Assembly (NCBI GenBank): GCA_945890715.1 | Contig: CAMDCX010000006.1 | Span: forward strand, 3,497-67,496 | Direction: 5' to 3' | DNA from: PVC group bacterium | GTDB taxonomy: Bacteria > Verrucomicrobiota > Kiritimatiellia > CAIKKV01 > CAITUY01 | Length of the DNA: 64,000 bases | Made by a program: the position numbers and the translations under genes | Shown here: piece by piece, positions 8,207 through 16,350 of the stretch | Numbering within the stretch: position 1 is the stretch's first letter | How the letters are laid out: each line of letters begins with the position of its first letter | Notes under the pieces: generated by a model | Database searches by the model: none | What the model saw: the letters and a program-made list of their open reading frames with translations, nothing else | What the model was told of the DNA's origin: nothing

Positions 8207-9793
8207 TCACTTCATGTGGGGTTCATGGCAGGGGCCGCGATATTCGTAGGCCCGGTAGACGCGGCCGTAGAAGCGGGTTCGTTCGATCACCTGGAAATAG
8301 AGCGCCCGTTCCCAGGTCCACTGTTCATGGTCGAACAAAATGGCCGGTCGACCGATCAGGGCGGGATCCGCCAGGTTTGTGTCTGTGAAATAATCATAGG
8401 AGGATTCCCGGCCGCCACGGTAACTGTCGGCACAGTATACGACGGGGTGGTTTTTCATATAAAAGGCCAGCAGTGCGGCTCGCCCGTAGGTCGAGGCCAC
8501 ATAAAAAGGAGCTTTGCCCGTTTCACGTTCCATTTCGCCCGACGCTTCCTCTACGCTACGGGCAAAACGGGGAAATCCGCTGACCCGCTTAAGGGCACGT
8601 TCCGTGTTGATGGGGTCTCCGGCAATTTTGATTTTTCCGATTGCCCGAAGGGGGAAGGGGGCAAATGAAATCAGGATGATAACGGTCAGTCCCAGTCCAA
8701 CCGTCCACCGCCACAGGAGCCGGGTAGCGCGGTCGGACTCCTTCCGTTCTGTCAGATAGCAGGCAAGGGGAACGAGGAATCCGACAAACGTGGCTGTGGG
8801 CCAGTTGAGTTTCACGTCGGTCCGGAAGGAAACCAGTAGGTAAAAAAGAAAGACCGGAAGACCGAGGTGGATCGCGAAGGAGGTGATTTTGTGCAGAGAA
8901 GACGTCTTGATGGCATCCAATCCACCCGGGCGATACGCGGCGTGTACTGTTCGGATCAGCAGCAGGGCAACGGGTGGCCCCAGCAGAGCGAAGGCATAGA
9001 ACGGGTAACTGACAGTCCACAGGGGGTTATAGTGCCAGTCGGCGGCGGGGGCGACATCGCCGCCCGGAAGGCGCATGGCGCCGATGAGGTGGCTGATGGT
9101 TGGCCACCCATGCTGATGATTCCAGATGGCAATAGGCAGGGCGAAGAGAATCACTCCCCCGAGCATGACCAGGGCGCCGGTAATCTGACGGCCGCGTGAG
9201 AGCGACCCGTGCCGGAACAGGAATACGAGGAGCCCGGGAACAATAAGCAGCACGGTGTATTTGCAGAGCATTCCCAGGCCGATAAAAGAGCCAAGCATAA
9301 AAAACCATCCCGGGGTGATCCGGTTTTCACGGGCCATGATCCATCCGGTGAAGGCGGCGGCCAGCCAGCAGGCATAATAGGGGCCATCGGTGGTCATGAA
9401 CTGGCTCGTGCCATGGAAAACGGGTATCAGACAGAACAGGAGCATCGCGAGCCAGCCGGCGCGCCGGTTTCCGCCGGACGCATGGGTCGCAAAGGCGGCC
9501 AGGATCAGCATGGAGACGAATGCGGCGAGCGCCGCGGGCAGGCGCACGGCCCATTCGGTGATTCCGAAGCAATGAACCGCCGGGGCAATCAGCCAGGCGA
9601 TGGCGGGACCTTTGCTGTAGTAGGACCAGTCGAGTCGGCGCGACCAGTCCCAGTACTGCGCTTCGTCGGCGGCCAGATCGTAAGGGCACAACCAGATCAG
9701 ATAGGCGATTCTTGCGAGCAGGACGAGTGCGGCGAAAAAAATCAGGCGGCTCCAGGAAGGCTGTGATATCGGGTTGTTTACGGGGTTCGACAT
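8207..9793 (-). CDS. glycosyltransferase family 39 (ArnT/PMT-like) membrane protein
   Basis: DEAQYWDW motif in the first loop, more than 10 TM segments, and a soluble C-terminal domain. Confidence 0.8.
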   Translation of the reverse strand: MSNPVNNPISQPSWSRLIFFAALVLLARIAYLIWLCPYDLAADEAQYWDWSRRLDWSYYSKGPAIAWLIAPAVHCFGITEWAVRLPAALAAFVSMLILAAFATHASGGNRRAGWLAMLLFCLIPVFHGTSQFMTTDGPYYACWLAAAFTGWIMARENRITPGWFFMLGSFIGLGMLCKYTVLLIVPGLLVFLFRHGSLSRGRQITGALVMLGGVILFALPIAIWNHQHGWPTISHLIGAMRLPGGDVAPAADWHYNPLWTVSYPFYAFALLGPPVALLLIRTVHAAYRPGGLDAIKTSSLHKITSFAIHLGLPVFLFYLLVSFRTDVKLNWPTATFVGFLVPLACYLTERKESDRATRLLWRWTVGLGLTVIILISFAPFPLRAIGKIKIAGDPINTERALKRVSGFPRFARSVEEASGEMERETGKAPFYVASTYGRAALLAFYMKNHPVVYCADSYRGGRESSYDYFTDTNLADPALIGRPAILFDHEQWTWERALYFQVIERTRFYGRVYRAYEYRGPCHEPHMK

Positions 9794-9802
9794 GATTGAG
9801 TA

Positions 9803-11056
9803 TTAGCAGGTTGGTAGCAGGGGGATCAAGTCGGCAACATCCTGAAATAGAGTGGCGCCGCGGGTGAGCAGGGCGTTCACACGGGCAACGGCGTCGCGGT
9901 TTCGGGTGTAGTCCCGGGTTTCGATGCCTACCGCGATGAAGACCGGTTTACCGGCAGCAAGCGCCTCGTCAAGGAGATCGAGGTTGGCCAGGTTCCCGCT
10001 TCCGAACGGGACGGGGGCCAGTACCAGTGCATGGGCATTCCGGGCAAGATGACGGGCCTCATCGAGCGCTTCTCGACTGATGGGACAGAAGGGTTTTTCG
10101 AGCACGGTGGCGGTACCCAAGGCCCCGGCGACCTCGGCATCCTTGTCCCCGTGGTTCAAGACCCCGCTGGTCAGGGTATATCCGCACAAGGTGAGTCGTC
10201 GGAGAATCGACTCGCCACACCCGCCGCCGCCAAGAGTATGGACATGGATCCCTTTCCCGGAACCGGGGGCGGGCAGGCGAGGCGCCGCCAGAATGCTGAT
10301 TCCTCCGCTGTGGGGATCCTGGTGAACGCGTACATCGCAATGGTAGACCCGTCGCAGGGTGTCTTCGGTCAGGACCGCCGAAGGGGTTCCGTCGGCCACT
10401 ACCGTCCCGTGATCGAGCAGGATCAGGCGGCGGCTGAACTCGGCGGCAATCTGGAGATCATGGCTGATCATCAGGACCGTGACCCCGTCGTCGCGGTTCA
10501 GCCGTTCGACCAGTTGCATGATTTCCAGCCGGTGATTGAGGTCGAGGTGGGACGTAGCCTCATCCATGAGGATGATGCGGGGGTCCTGCGCCAGCACCAT
10601 GGCCACGATGGCGCGCTGGCGCTCGCCGCCGCTCAGTTCGTTCAGGGGGCGGTGCCGGATATCCGTTGCGTCGGTATAGACCAGGGCGCGCTCAACCCGA
10701 AGGCGATCCTCATCGTTGGGACTGGAAAACCGGCCGATGGCGGAGATCCGTCCCATCATGACGATCTCCTCGACGGTATAGGGGACGGGAACATCGAGTT
10801 CCTGGGGAACCACAGCGATGGTGCGCGCCCGTTCTGCAGGGGGCATCCGGTGAACGTCGATGCCGTTGAGTTTCACGGTTCCCGAGGAAGGACGAAGCAG
10901 GCCGGACAGCACCGAGAACAAGGTTGATTTCCCGGCACCATTGGGGCCCAGGATTCCGATCATTTCTCCTGCCTTGATCTCCAGGGACAAGTTGTGCAGT
11001 ACGGGTGTGTCGTGGTAACCCGCCGTGACCTGATGAAGTTGGATGGCCGTGGTCAT
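9803..11056 (-). CDS. FepC/BtuD-type ABC importer ATPase fused to an unassigned C-terminal domain of about 160 aa
   Basis: Walker A GPNGAGKST, signature LSGGERQR and Walker B ILMDEATSHLD. Start set at MTTAIQLHQV, 7 nt after the permease stop. The residues after about 255 (IHVHTLGGGGCGESILRRL...) are not an ABC domain. Confidence 0.85.
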   Translation of the reverse strand: MTTAIQLHQVTAGYHDTPVLHNLSLEIKAGEMIGILGPNGAGKSTLFSVLSGLLRPSSGTVKLNGIDVHRMPPAERARTIAVVPQELDVPVPYTVEEIVMMGRISAIGRFSSPNDEDRLRVERALVYTDATDIRHRPLNELSGGERQRAIVAMVLAQDPRIILMDEATSHLDLNHRLEIMQLVERLNRDDGVTVLMISHDLQIAAEFSRRLILLDHGTVVADGTPSAVLTEDTLRRVYHCDVRVHQDPHSGGISILAAPRLPAPGSGKGIHVHTLGGGGCGESILRRLTLCGYTLTSGVLNHGDKDAEVAGALGTATVLEKPFCPISREALDEARHLARNAHALVLAPVPFGSGNLANLDLLDEALAAGKPVFIAVGIETRDYTRNRDAVARVNALLTRGATLFQDVADLIPLLPTC

Positions 11057-11063
11057 GGTGGGG

Positions 11064-12029
11064 TTATCCGATCCAGCCGGGGGTTCGGCGGCGTTTAAGG
11101 AGGACAAGAAAGAAGGGGCCGCCAAGAAGGGCGGTAATGACGCCCACAGGGATTTCGACAGGCATGACGGTCCGGGCGAGGGCATCGCAAACGGCGAGGA
11201 ACGCGCCGCCGCCGATGGCCGCCGCCGGAATTAAATGACGGTGATCGGAACCCACGAGCCTGCGCATGATATGCGGAACCATGAGGCCGACGAATCCGAT
11301 GAGTCCGGCGACTCCCACGGCGGTGGCCGCGAGAAGGGTGGCCAGCAACAGGGCGGTAAGGATCGCCGCTTTGACCCGGATTCCGAGGTGATGCGCCATC
11401 TGATGGCCCAGTGTGAGGGCATTGAGTTCCCGTGCCATCAGCCAGAGCCCCGCGCAACCGGCCGTCACCAGCACAGCGCTAAGTCCGAGAACCTGATCGG
11501 AAGGCATGTCGAGGTTGCCCAACATCCACCACAGAATGTTGTGCATTCCCTCAAGAGAGGTCGCCGAAACGATGAACATCAGGAGACTGGAGCACACGGA
11601 GCTGACAATTACCCCGCTCAAAATCAGGCCGTAGAGAGAGGGCGTGGAGCTGTGGCTGGACAGGCTGTACACAATCGCCAGCGTGCAGACGGCCATCAGA
11701 AAGGCGCAGAGTGGGAGGGCGGTTGTGAATGCGCCGGCAAAGCCCGTCAGAATGGCCAGTGCGGCGCCAAGGCCTGCTCCGCTGCTCACTCCCAATACAT
11801 AGGGTTCGGCGAGCGGATTGCGCAAAACGGCCTGAAAGACCACTCCGGAACAGGAGAGGGCGGCGCCAATGATAAAGCCGGCCAGTACACGCGATAGACG
11901 CAGACCCAGAATATCGCGCTGCAGATCAAGGTCGGGCAGTCCAATGCCTGACGGTCCCATCAGGACGCATAGCGCCAGGATCAGCGGAGCCAGGCCGAGC
12001 ACCAGTCCAAAGTTCCGCCGGTTATTCAT
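11064..12029 (-). CDS. FecCD-family ABC permease (iron-siderophore/cobalamin type)
   Basis: Polytopic membrane protein with FecCD/BtuC-like segments (RNPLAEPYVLGVSSGA, GPFFLVLL). Confidence 0.85.
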   Translation of the reverse strand: MNNRRNFGLVLGLAPLILALCVLMGPSGIGLPDLDLQRDILGLRLSRVLAGFIIGAALSCSGVVFQAVLRNPLAEPYVLGVSSGAGLGAALAILTGFAGAFTTALPLCAFLMAVCTLAIVYSLSSHSSTPSLYGLILSGVIVSSVCSSLLMFIVSATSLEGMHNILWWMLGNLDMPSDQVLGLSAVLVTAGCAGLWLMARELNALTLGHQMAHHLGIRVKAAILTALLLATLLAATAVGVAGLIGFVGLMVPHIMRRLVGSDHRHLIPAAAIGGGAFLAVCDALARTVMPVEIPVGVITALLGGPFFLVLLKRRRTPGWIG

Positions 12030-12903
12030 GTCGTCCTTTTCGGCTCAGAATGACGGAGTGGATCAGTTCAAACCCCTGCATGACCCGGGGGCCGGGCCGG
12101 ACGACGAGATTGTTGTCGAATCCGTCATAAACACAGCCATCACGTATGGCGGTGACGCGTTCCCAGCCCGGACGTTGAAGAATCTTCTGTTTAACGGATG
12201 TTTTTCCAGCCATAAAGAAGCAGAAAATGATGTCGGGGTTCCGGTCAAGAACCCATTCCCCCGAGACGGGAAAATAATCGCGATTAATTTCATCACCGAT
12301 GTTCCGGCCGCCTGCCAAGGTTATGAGGTCTGAGATAAAGGTGTTTCGTCCTGCCGCCATCAGGGGATCGTTCCAGATCAGAACCAGAACGCGGGGCGGG
12401 CGGGGCGCTGACGGTGCGGCGCGGCAGATTTCGATTTGCTGCGTGAGGCGATTCGCCAGAAGGTTGGCCTCTGATTCCCGGCGCAGATGTCTGCCCAATT
12501 GGATGATTGCGGGCGGAATCTCATCCAGTCGGGTGCAAGGAATATGAACCGGATTCAACCCGATTTTTCTGAGTTTCGGATCGAGCGCCAGATCGGCCAG
12601 ATCGGCATAAAACACCGCCTCCGGTTTGATCGCCAGCAACCGTTCCAGCGAGGGCACGCCAAAATCCCCGATTATCGGAATGGTGCGCACGTCAACCGGG
12701 GGATAATCGCAAGCCGAGCTGCGGCCAACAAGTTGGTCTGCCCCGCCGATGGCGCAAATCATTTCCGTGAGATTAGGGGCCAGTGAAACGACACGGGGGT
12801 GCCCGTCCCGTGCTGGAGGGAGTGGGGCGGGCTTGCAGCCTGAGAATAAAAAGGATGCGAGGAGCGCGGGAATGATTGTCGAGTTTAGAACATTCACGAT
12901 CAA
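12022..12903 (-). CDS. periplasmic substrate-binding protein, BtuF/FhuD-like (class III)
   Basis: Signal/lipobox-like FSGC, then RVVSLAPNLTEMICAIGG, typical of cobalamin/siderophore binding proteins. Overlaps the permease start. Confidence 0.8.
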   Translation of the reverse strand: MIVNVLNSTIIPALLASFLFSGCKPAPLPPARDGHPRVVSLAPNLTEMICAIGGADQLVGRSSACDYPPVDVRTIPIIGDFGVPSLERLLAIKPEAVFYADLADLALDPKLRKIGLNPVHIPCTRLDEIPPAIIQLGRHLRRESEANLLANRLTQQIEICRAAPSAPRPPRVLVLIWNDPLMAAGRNTFISDLITLAGGRNIGDEINRDYFPVSGEWVLDRNPDIIFCFFMAGKTSVKQKILQRPGWERVTAIRDGCVYDGFDNNLVVRPGPRVMQGFELIHSVILSRKGRHE

Positions 12904-14309
12904 TAGGCGTTTGTGTGTGCCGTGAGGGTGCGAATCAGGATTTTGAAATCAAAGGACAGAGACCAGTTTTCCAGGTAATAGAGGTCGTATTTGATCCGTT
13001 CCTCGATGCTGGTGTTGCCTCGAAGGCCGTTGACCTGGGCCCAGCCTGTCATGCCCGGCTTGGAGACATGGCGCCGCATGTAACGGTCAATATCGTCCTT
13101 GAACTTCTCCACAAAGTGCGGACGTTCCGGCCTGGGGCCGACCAGACTCATGTCGCCCCGGAGCACATTCCAGAGTTGGGGCAGTTCGTCAATATTCGTG
13201 TTGCGCAGGAATGATCCGATCCGGGTTCGGCGTGGATCATTTTCAACCGTCCAGACGGGGCCGGTTTCCTTTTCAGCATCGGTTCTCATGGTGCGAAGTT
13301 TGTAGATGCTGAATTCGCGGCCATTTTCGCCGCACCGTTTCTGTTTGTAGAAAACGGGACCGGGCGAGGAGCGTTTTACCAGCAGGGCCACGAAAGCGAG
13401 GAAGGGAGCGATGACCAAAAGACCCGCCAAGGCACCGCAGATGTCTTCGATGCGTTTAAGGGTGCGGTTCCAGAAGTAATCCAGTGGCCACCGGCTGACC
13501 CCCAACAGGGGAATATCATCGATGGTTTGCATATCCATGCTGCCGGTCATGATTCGGAACATGTCGGGCACCATATTGAAGGTGATCATGTTGCGTTCAC
13601 AGGCGAGGATAATTTCCAAAACCCGTTGATGGCCGATATTGCCGTCGCTCAGGATGATCTGGTCTGCGGGATGGGAGTCGAGGATGGTGTCAAGATCCTG
13701 GAGTTCGCCGCGGATCAAATAGTCCGGCAAGGTGGAGTCCGGTTGACCGGTACTGGAGCGGATGAATCCCACCACTTTTGACCTGAGACGGGGATCCGCC
13801 TCGAGCCCGCGTTTCAGGTGGGCGGCAACATAGTCCGTTCCCACGATAAGAATTCGCTTGGATTGGTGACCCCGGCGGGCCAGTCGGATTTCGAACCGGA
13901 ATAGAAGATAACGCTCGACCATAACCATGACCACAATGGCCAGAAAAGAGAGTCCGATCGTGAGACGCGAGATGGGTGGTTCGGTGCGGAAAGCGAAAGC
14001 CAATGCCGTGGTCAGAAGGATCCCAATCCCGATGGCCCGGATGAGTCTTGGAATTTTTCCGGAAAAGCTGCCGCGTTGGGGGCGGACGTAAAGGCCGAGG
14101 GAACGGAAAATAAAAAGAAATAGGAAGGTGGCAATGGCGGCGCCCCAGCCGTAGAGAAAGCACAGGTTGGGCGGCCAGCTTTCCACGTCGATCAGTCCGC
14201 TGTAGAATCGGAGCCAGATAGCCGCGACAAACCCGCCGAAAATGGCCAGGGCATCGACGGTTACGGCCAAGCCGCTCGTCAGCGCATCCATGGTGTCGCG
14301 TATTCGCAT
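12900..14309 (-). CDS. undecaprenyl-phosphate hexose-1-phosphate transferase (WcaJ/WbaP-type initiating sugar transferase)
   Basis: C-terminal bacterial sugar-transferase domain: [10 protein letters not shown] and [14 protein letters not shown]. Has N-terminal TM segments. Confidence 0.85.
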   Translation of the reverse strand: MRIRDTMDALTSGLAVTVDALAIFGGFVAAIWLRFYSGLIDVESWPPNLCFLYGWGAAIATFLFLFIFRSLGLYVRPQRGSFSGKIPRLIRAIGIGILLTTALAFAFRTEPPISRLTIGLSFLAIVVMVMVERYLLFRFEIRLARRGHQSKRILIVGTDYVAAHLKRGLEADPRLRSKVVGFIRSSTGQPDSTLPDYLIRGELQDLDTILDSHPADQIILSDGNIGHQRVLEIILACERNMITFNMVPDMFRIMTGSMDMQTIDDIPLLGVSRWPLDYFWNRTLKRIEDICGALAGLLVIAPFLAFVALLVKRSSPGPVFYKQKRCGENGREFSIYKLRTMRTDAEKETGPVWTVENDPRRTRIGSFLRNTNIDELPQLWNVLRGDMSLVGPRPERPHFVEKFKDDIDRYMRRHVSKPGMTGWAQVNGLRGNTSIEERIKYDLYYLENWSLSFDFKILIRTLTAHTNAY

Positions 14310-14310
14310 A

Positions 14311-15741
14311 TTAGAAGGTATAAAGGATTTCCCACCGGGCAAAGAGGGCGGTGTCCTTTTGTTTGTAATAGTTTCCTGGTTCCAGGCATTCAACCAGGAA
14401 GTAGGTTGTCAGCTTGTCCTTCGGGCGGAGTGCATTTTCGGCCACAACGAAGTCCTGTCGTAATTGGCCCATCCATCCGCGTTCCTTCCCGCCTCCATTT
14501 CCGTCTGCCTCAAAGGCCGCCAGGTAATGGATGGTGGCGGTGGTCTTGGTTCGTTTGGTCGGCGTGATGGAGAGGCTGAGGTTGGGGTTAATCAGGTTTG
14601 ACCATCGGAAGGCGGATTGTTCGGCATCGTAGGCGAAGATAAACAACTCGCTGCTTTGAGGGCAACGCGACCAGAGGGGATTCCATCCCTCGTCAGAGGC
14701 TGTTTTGGGGTTATCGCCCGAAAGCAGATAAAGTCCGGCTTTCAAGGTCGGGGTGGCCGGAGTGGCGGAAAGTTTTTTTGCCAGTGATGAGTCAATCATG
14801 AAGCCGTGCATTTCCGTGTCGCCATGCGTGCCATATTGCCCTGCCACTTCCAGGTTGCCGGTCAGGGTTTCATGAAACACCGGCATCAGTCGGAACCCGG
14901 CGGTCTCAATTTCAAAATCAGGATTTCGCAAGACATTGGCCGAGGTGTCGAGCGTCTGCCAGGCAAAGGAAGGGGCGGCCAAGGCACCCGAGGCATTGGG
15001 CTTCACCGGCTGGCTGTAGCCGCTTTCCCGCTTATGGATCAGGTAGGCTTCAAAGGGAAGATTCTTCAGTGCTGAATTGATGAGGTAGAGTCCGGCGCCG
15101 CTTTCGGTTACTCCCTCAGGAGCTTTTGAGAAAGCCGACAGATCGCGCTGGGCACCGTTGATGGCCCACTGGTCTTCAGGGGGATTATAGATGCCGAAGC
15201 AATCCAGCCGGGAGTTCGGAATTGATTTCAGGGTCGCCTTGATGGCATTGAAATAGAGCGTTCGTGAGCCATCGCCCGGAGTTCCGTCGAGAATGACCCG
15301 GCCGTTCCCGTAGAGAAGATCCTGACGGCCGGCGCGGATATCCACGCTCTTGTTGAGCAGGTCCCGGGCTTCCAGATAGAGATTGTCGAAGACCCATTCC
15401 TCCGGCCATTCGGATGATGAGCGTTGGGCTTTTTCGCTCATGTCAGGATACAGCCAGGTTCGGCTTTCGTTGACGATCCGTACCCGTGCGGTAAGCGAGG
15501 GAAGAAGATCCAGTTCGGACCACAAGCGGGTTCGGAACCGGAAATAGTCATTCTCGCCGTTCCGGCTGTAGGTTGGACTATCCACCTTGCTCGGAATGTG
15601 GTCGAAATACTCCCATCGAATACGCTCATCAGCCCCGTAGCGGAAGGATGTGCCCTCATCCGAGCGGGCTGAAGTCGTTGTTGAGAGAATGGCCAGTAAG
15701 GTTAGTTTCAGGAGCAGGAATCGACGAAGCATGGGGATCAT
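14311..15741 (-). CDS. outer-membrane beta-barrel protein (alginate-export/porin-like)
   Basis: Signal peptide MLRRFLLLKLTLLAILSTTTSARS, alternating beta-strand-like pattern, and C-terminal aromatic residue (..WEILYTF). Confidence 0.5.
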   Translation of the reverse strand: MIPMLRRFLLLKLTLLAILSTTTSARSDEGTSFRYGADERIRWEYFDHIPSKVDSPTYSRNGENDYFRFRTRLWSELDLLPSLTARVRIVNESRTWLYPDMSEKAQRSSSEWPEEWVFDNLYLEARDLLNKSVDIRAGRQDLLYGNGRVILDGTPGDGSRTLYFNAIKATLKSIPNSRLDCFGIYNPPEDQWAINGAQRDLSAFSKAPEGVTESGAGLYLINSALKNLPFEAYLIHKRESGYSQPVKPNASGALAAPSFAWQTLDTSANVLRNPDFEIETAGFRLMPVFHETLTGNLEVAGQYGTHGDTEMHGFMIDSSLAKKLSATPATPTLKAGLYLLSGDNPKTASDEGWNPLWSRCPQSSELFIFAYDAEQSAFRWSNLINPNLSLSITPTKRTKTTATIHYLAAFEADGNGGGKERGWMGQLRQDFVVAENALRPKDKLTTYFLVECLEPGNYYKQKDTALFARWEILYTF

Positions 15742-16115
15742 CCCTCCTGGGTTTCGTTCAGGATTCCACTCACTTTGATCTGGATAGCCCACTCCCGGGA
15801 CAGCCAGTCCATGAATTCGGCCTGTTCATGAGGGAGGGTGTCGGCGAGCGTTTCGGAAAGAACGGTTCCCAGGATCAGTTCGCGCGCGTCGGGATTGGTA
15901 ATGGTTTTCAGGAAAGCCTTGAGGGAACTCCGGTCAGGAAAACGACTTTCCGCCTCGTCCGCCAGTTCATGAAAAGTGTCGTCTCCCAGTTCATCGACAA
16001 TATCCTCGATCTGAGCCACCTCAGTATCGGTAATGGTGCGATCGCTGATAACGGCGACTTCCGTCAAGGCCACAAGGGCGAGTTGCTCATTACGAGACAG
16101 TTCTTTCAAGGTCAT
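15738..16115 (-). CDS. small acidic hypothetical protein (TerB-like helical fold suspected)
   Basis: 125-aa ORF with host-like codon usage, first gene of the minus-strand operon. No motif that I can assign firmly. Confidence 0.45.
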   Translation of the reverse strand: MTLKELSRNEQLALVALTEVAVISDRTITDTEVAQIEDIVDELGDDTFHELADEAESRFPDRSSLKAFLKTITNPDARELILGTVLSETLADTLPHEQAEFMDWLSREWAIQIKVSGILNETQEG

Positions 16116-16180
16116 GGTTGTCCTTTCTTTCCAGTTGAGGGGTTAACCTACCATGATTTTCAATCAACTGCATCATCGGA

Positions 16181-16350
16181 ATCGTCACGGGGTGCGATTG
16201 CAAAATATTGCACTCGCACCGAATTCAGAAGCCAGAATTCAGAATTCAGAAGTTGTAGGCCAATGAATTATGTCTGTTATCTTGGATATCAATTCTGACT
16301 CCTGACTTCTCGGAGCGATGCAACGAAGTGAAATCGCACCCATCGTCACG
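16181..16350. repeat. MITE-like long hairpin element with 9-bp flanking direct repeat
   Basis: ATCGTCACG at 16181-16189 and 16342-16350. It directly abuts a 10-bp terminal inverted repeat, GGGTGCGATT (16190-16199) and AATCGCACCC (16332-16341). Internal heptamer repeats (GAATTCA/GAAGCCA, 16221-16253) partly complement 16291-16310. Confidence 0.5.

Noticed and set aside
12880-12930. Expected cobalamin riboswitch or Fur box ahead of the BtuF/FhuD-like transporter genes.
   Set aside because: The binding-protein gene overlaps the stop of the upstream sugar-transferase gene by 4 nt. There is no leader in which a riboswitch or operator could sit.
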